From the NCBI GenBank assembly GCA_051294905.1, contig CM119385.1:18476001-18540000 (forward strand): 64,000 bases of DNA, in the 5' to 3' direction. The notes under the pieces are model-generated. The model worked only from the letters and a program-made list of their open reading frames with translations, searched no databases and had not been told where the DNA came from. Positions 62,153 to 64,000 of the stretch are shown one piece after another; the first letter of the stretch is position 1; each line of letters begins with the position of its first letter. This stretch comes from Botryllus schlosseri. Taxonomy: Eukaryota. The position numbers and the translations under genes are program-made.

Positions 62153-62829
62153 AATATATTTCATTTTGATGATGTTTAGATTGGAATAATCATCACTAAT
62201 ATTATTTTCATTCATATGCGCGTTGTGCAACTTTGTTTTCTTCAAATAGATGTAGACCTGGATGGGTGAGTCATGAATCACAATTTGAAATATGAACATA
62301 GACAGTGAGCGATTTTCTGTGGTATGCGATCAATTTGACAAATCGAAAGTAGGATTATTGTCATGGTTCTGGCAAAACTGTCAAAGTATGGAAAAAGTAT
62401 GGAAGTATGAAAAAACGTTCCAAACCATAATTGGGAAATCTCCATACCATACCATACTTGCACTTTTCCATATTCCATACCGAAATTTCGTTCCATACCA
62501 TACCGTGCCCTGTCTTCATGGATGCCAAACCAGTCCGCAGACACCAGTAAAGAGCCCCTAGTTTAGTGTGACAAGTTTGTGATGCACCTTTTATATACCT
62601 TATTATTTTCGTACCGCTGCTCCCCAGGAATATTGTGGTGTACTGGCTTGCCTCGAGTAGGCCTATGGGCACACGCATAAACTATATTCGTACCATTTAA
62701 ATCATACAAGAGGGTTGGTAAAGGTGAGTGTTGTGCAATGCAAGCACAGAGCCGTCTAATATACAGAGATATAGTTGATATTAGAAAAATTTACGACTTC
62801 TTCTTCTTGTGGTATTCATGGTGCTTGTT

Positions 62830-63068
62830 ACTACTACTACTATGGCCATTTACATTTTTGGTTCCGTATCGGCCGACTTGTAACACGACCCGCTAAGGCT
62901 TTTTGTAAGACACCGCTTACGTGGATGAGATGGCGAGGAGGAGACCAGATATAAACCTCCAACACTTGGGTATAGGATTTCTGAAGTCGACCTCGGTCGG
63001 ACTCGAACCCACAACCCATTGGTGTTGTAGCTGTGGTCCCTGTAGGTTATACTCTACCAAAACAGTGT
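62830..63068 (-). mobile_element. probable tRNA-derived SINE
   Basis: On the minus strand: A-box-like TTGGTAGAGT (63060-63051), B box GGTTCGAGTCC (63009-62999), body, then (TAG)n tail. No cloverleaf. Single copy in the window. Confidence 0.45.
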
Positions 63069-64000
63069 TCAATGATCATACCACTACGCTATGTCGCCAC
63101 AAATCTACTACTCCTGCGACAACGTAAGCTGTGATCATTTCGTTTGCGATCAATTTATATGTGATGTAACAATGGAGGATCAGTGAAACGTACAATCAGT
63201 GAATGACTGGATGCTCTCACGGGTGACACCGGCGTATCGCGAACAATCCGAACATATATACACAATATATAGTGATGTAATCGACACCGTTTAATTGATG
63301 ACTTGAAATTGACTCGTGAATTTTGCTCCGAGTCCCGAGTCATTCCACATTTCTGAAGCGCCGGGTCAAGTCATACGAAAAAGTTCAGATGCGTCGTGGG
63401 TAGGTGCAATCCCACCAATGACGGCATACGGAGAAAAGATCTAGTGGTAAAGCATTTGGATTTTAACCTAACCAAATTCAGTTTTTATATATTTGACCAC
63501 GAGAATTCCAAATTGAGCCTCTACAAAAATCATATATGCTACTGCGCCTTAAAATGGGCAGTTTGTTTTTTGTTTGGCTGCCTTCGGGAGCTCAACGCGG
63601 TGGAAACATTTTCTGACCGCCCTCGGCGCGCGTAACTCATGTATGCGGTACGTGAGTACTGCATAAAACCTCGAAATGGTACAGTGGGTGGAAAAAGGTT
63701 GGGAACCACTGATGTAGATGGTTAGTGCATCGTACAACATCAATTTGTTTCAACTTCTCGAGGCTTCGTATTCGATCATCTATTTCAGCTGCAGCTGCAG
63801 CATGTAAGCCTAGGCCTGGACCGTAACTGCCGCACCCCAAACCCCCCAATTGTGAGGGGGGGGGGGACTCGAAAGGCGCGCAAAATTATTTCGTGAACCA
63901 ATGATGAATTAGCATAAATTATGGGGTATTTATGCAACTTTTTCACAAAAATTTCGCGCTTCTTGGCGCGATTTCAAGTTGCCAACTATCTTAATTTTCG

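Larger units (their letters stand above)
59398..62512. mobile_element. 3.1 kb composite hAT-type element with nested insertions
   Basis: Termini CAGGACATGGTATGGTATGG / CCATACCATACCGTGCCCTG, perfect TSD TCTTCATG (59390-59397 and 62513-62520), CCATA subterminal repeats. Confidence 0.8.

Overview
AT-rich eukaryotic (invertebrate metazoan) genomic DNA. A tunicate origin is plausible from the 56-70 bp introns and closely packed co-oriented genes, but this is inference only. Host genes reconstructed from the sequence: a 12-exon OATP/SLCO transporter (+, 8089-26618, about 647 aa, every splice phase checks), an 8-exon INTS12 (-, 36109-44175), and two adjacent single-ORF genes, VCP/p97 (-, 46379-48778) and an ATRX-type SNF2 helicase without an ADD domain (-, 49271-52825). 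The window opens on the 3' end of initiator tRNA-Met, 6 nt upstream of tRNA-His. The 12.4 kb SLCO intron 6 holds an apparently intact two-gene PIF/Harbinger transposon, hAT remnants, an unexplained 207-codon antisense ORF with an inverted decayed twin, and a DUF4806-like exon. Much of the rest is transposon-derived: hAT-type non-autonomous elements with 8-bp TSDs, two foldback/MULE-like families with 9-bp TSDs, CR1/L2-type LINE 3' ends and a probable tRNA-SINE. The most unusual signals are two minimal hammerhead ribozyme motifs with a possible loop II pseudoknot in a Penelope-like repeat, a hairpin-rich polyadenylated retro-insert, the intronless ATRX-VCP pair and the tRNA dimer. No CRISPR array or rRNA was seen. 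All family assignments are by eye; no search was run.
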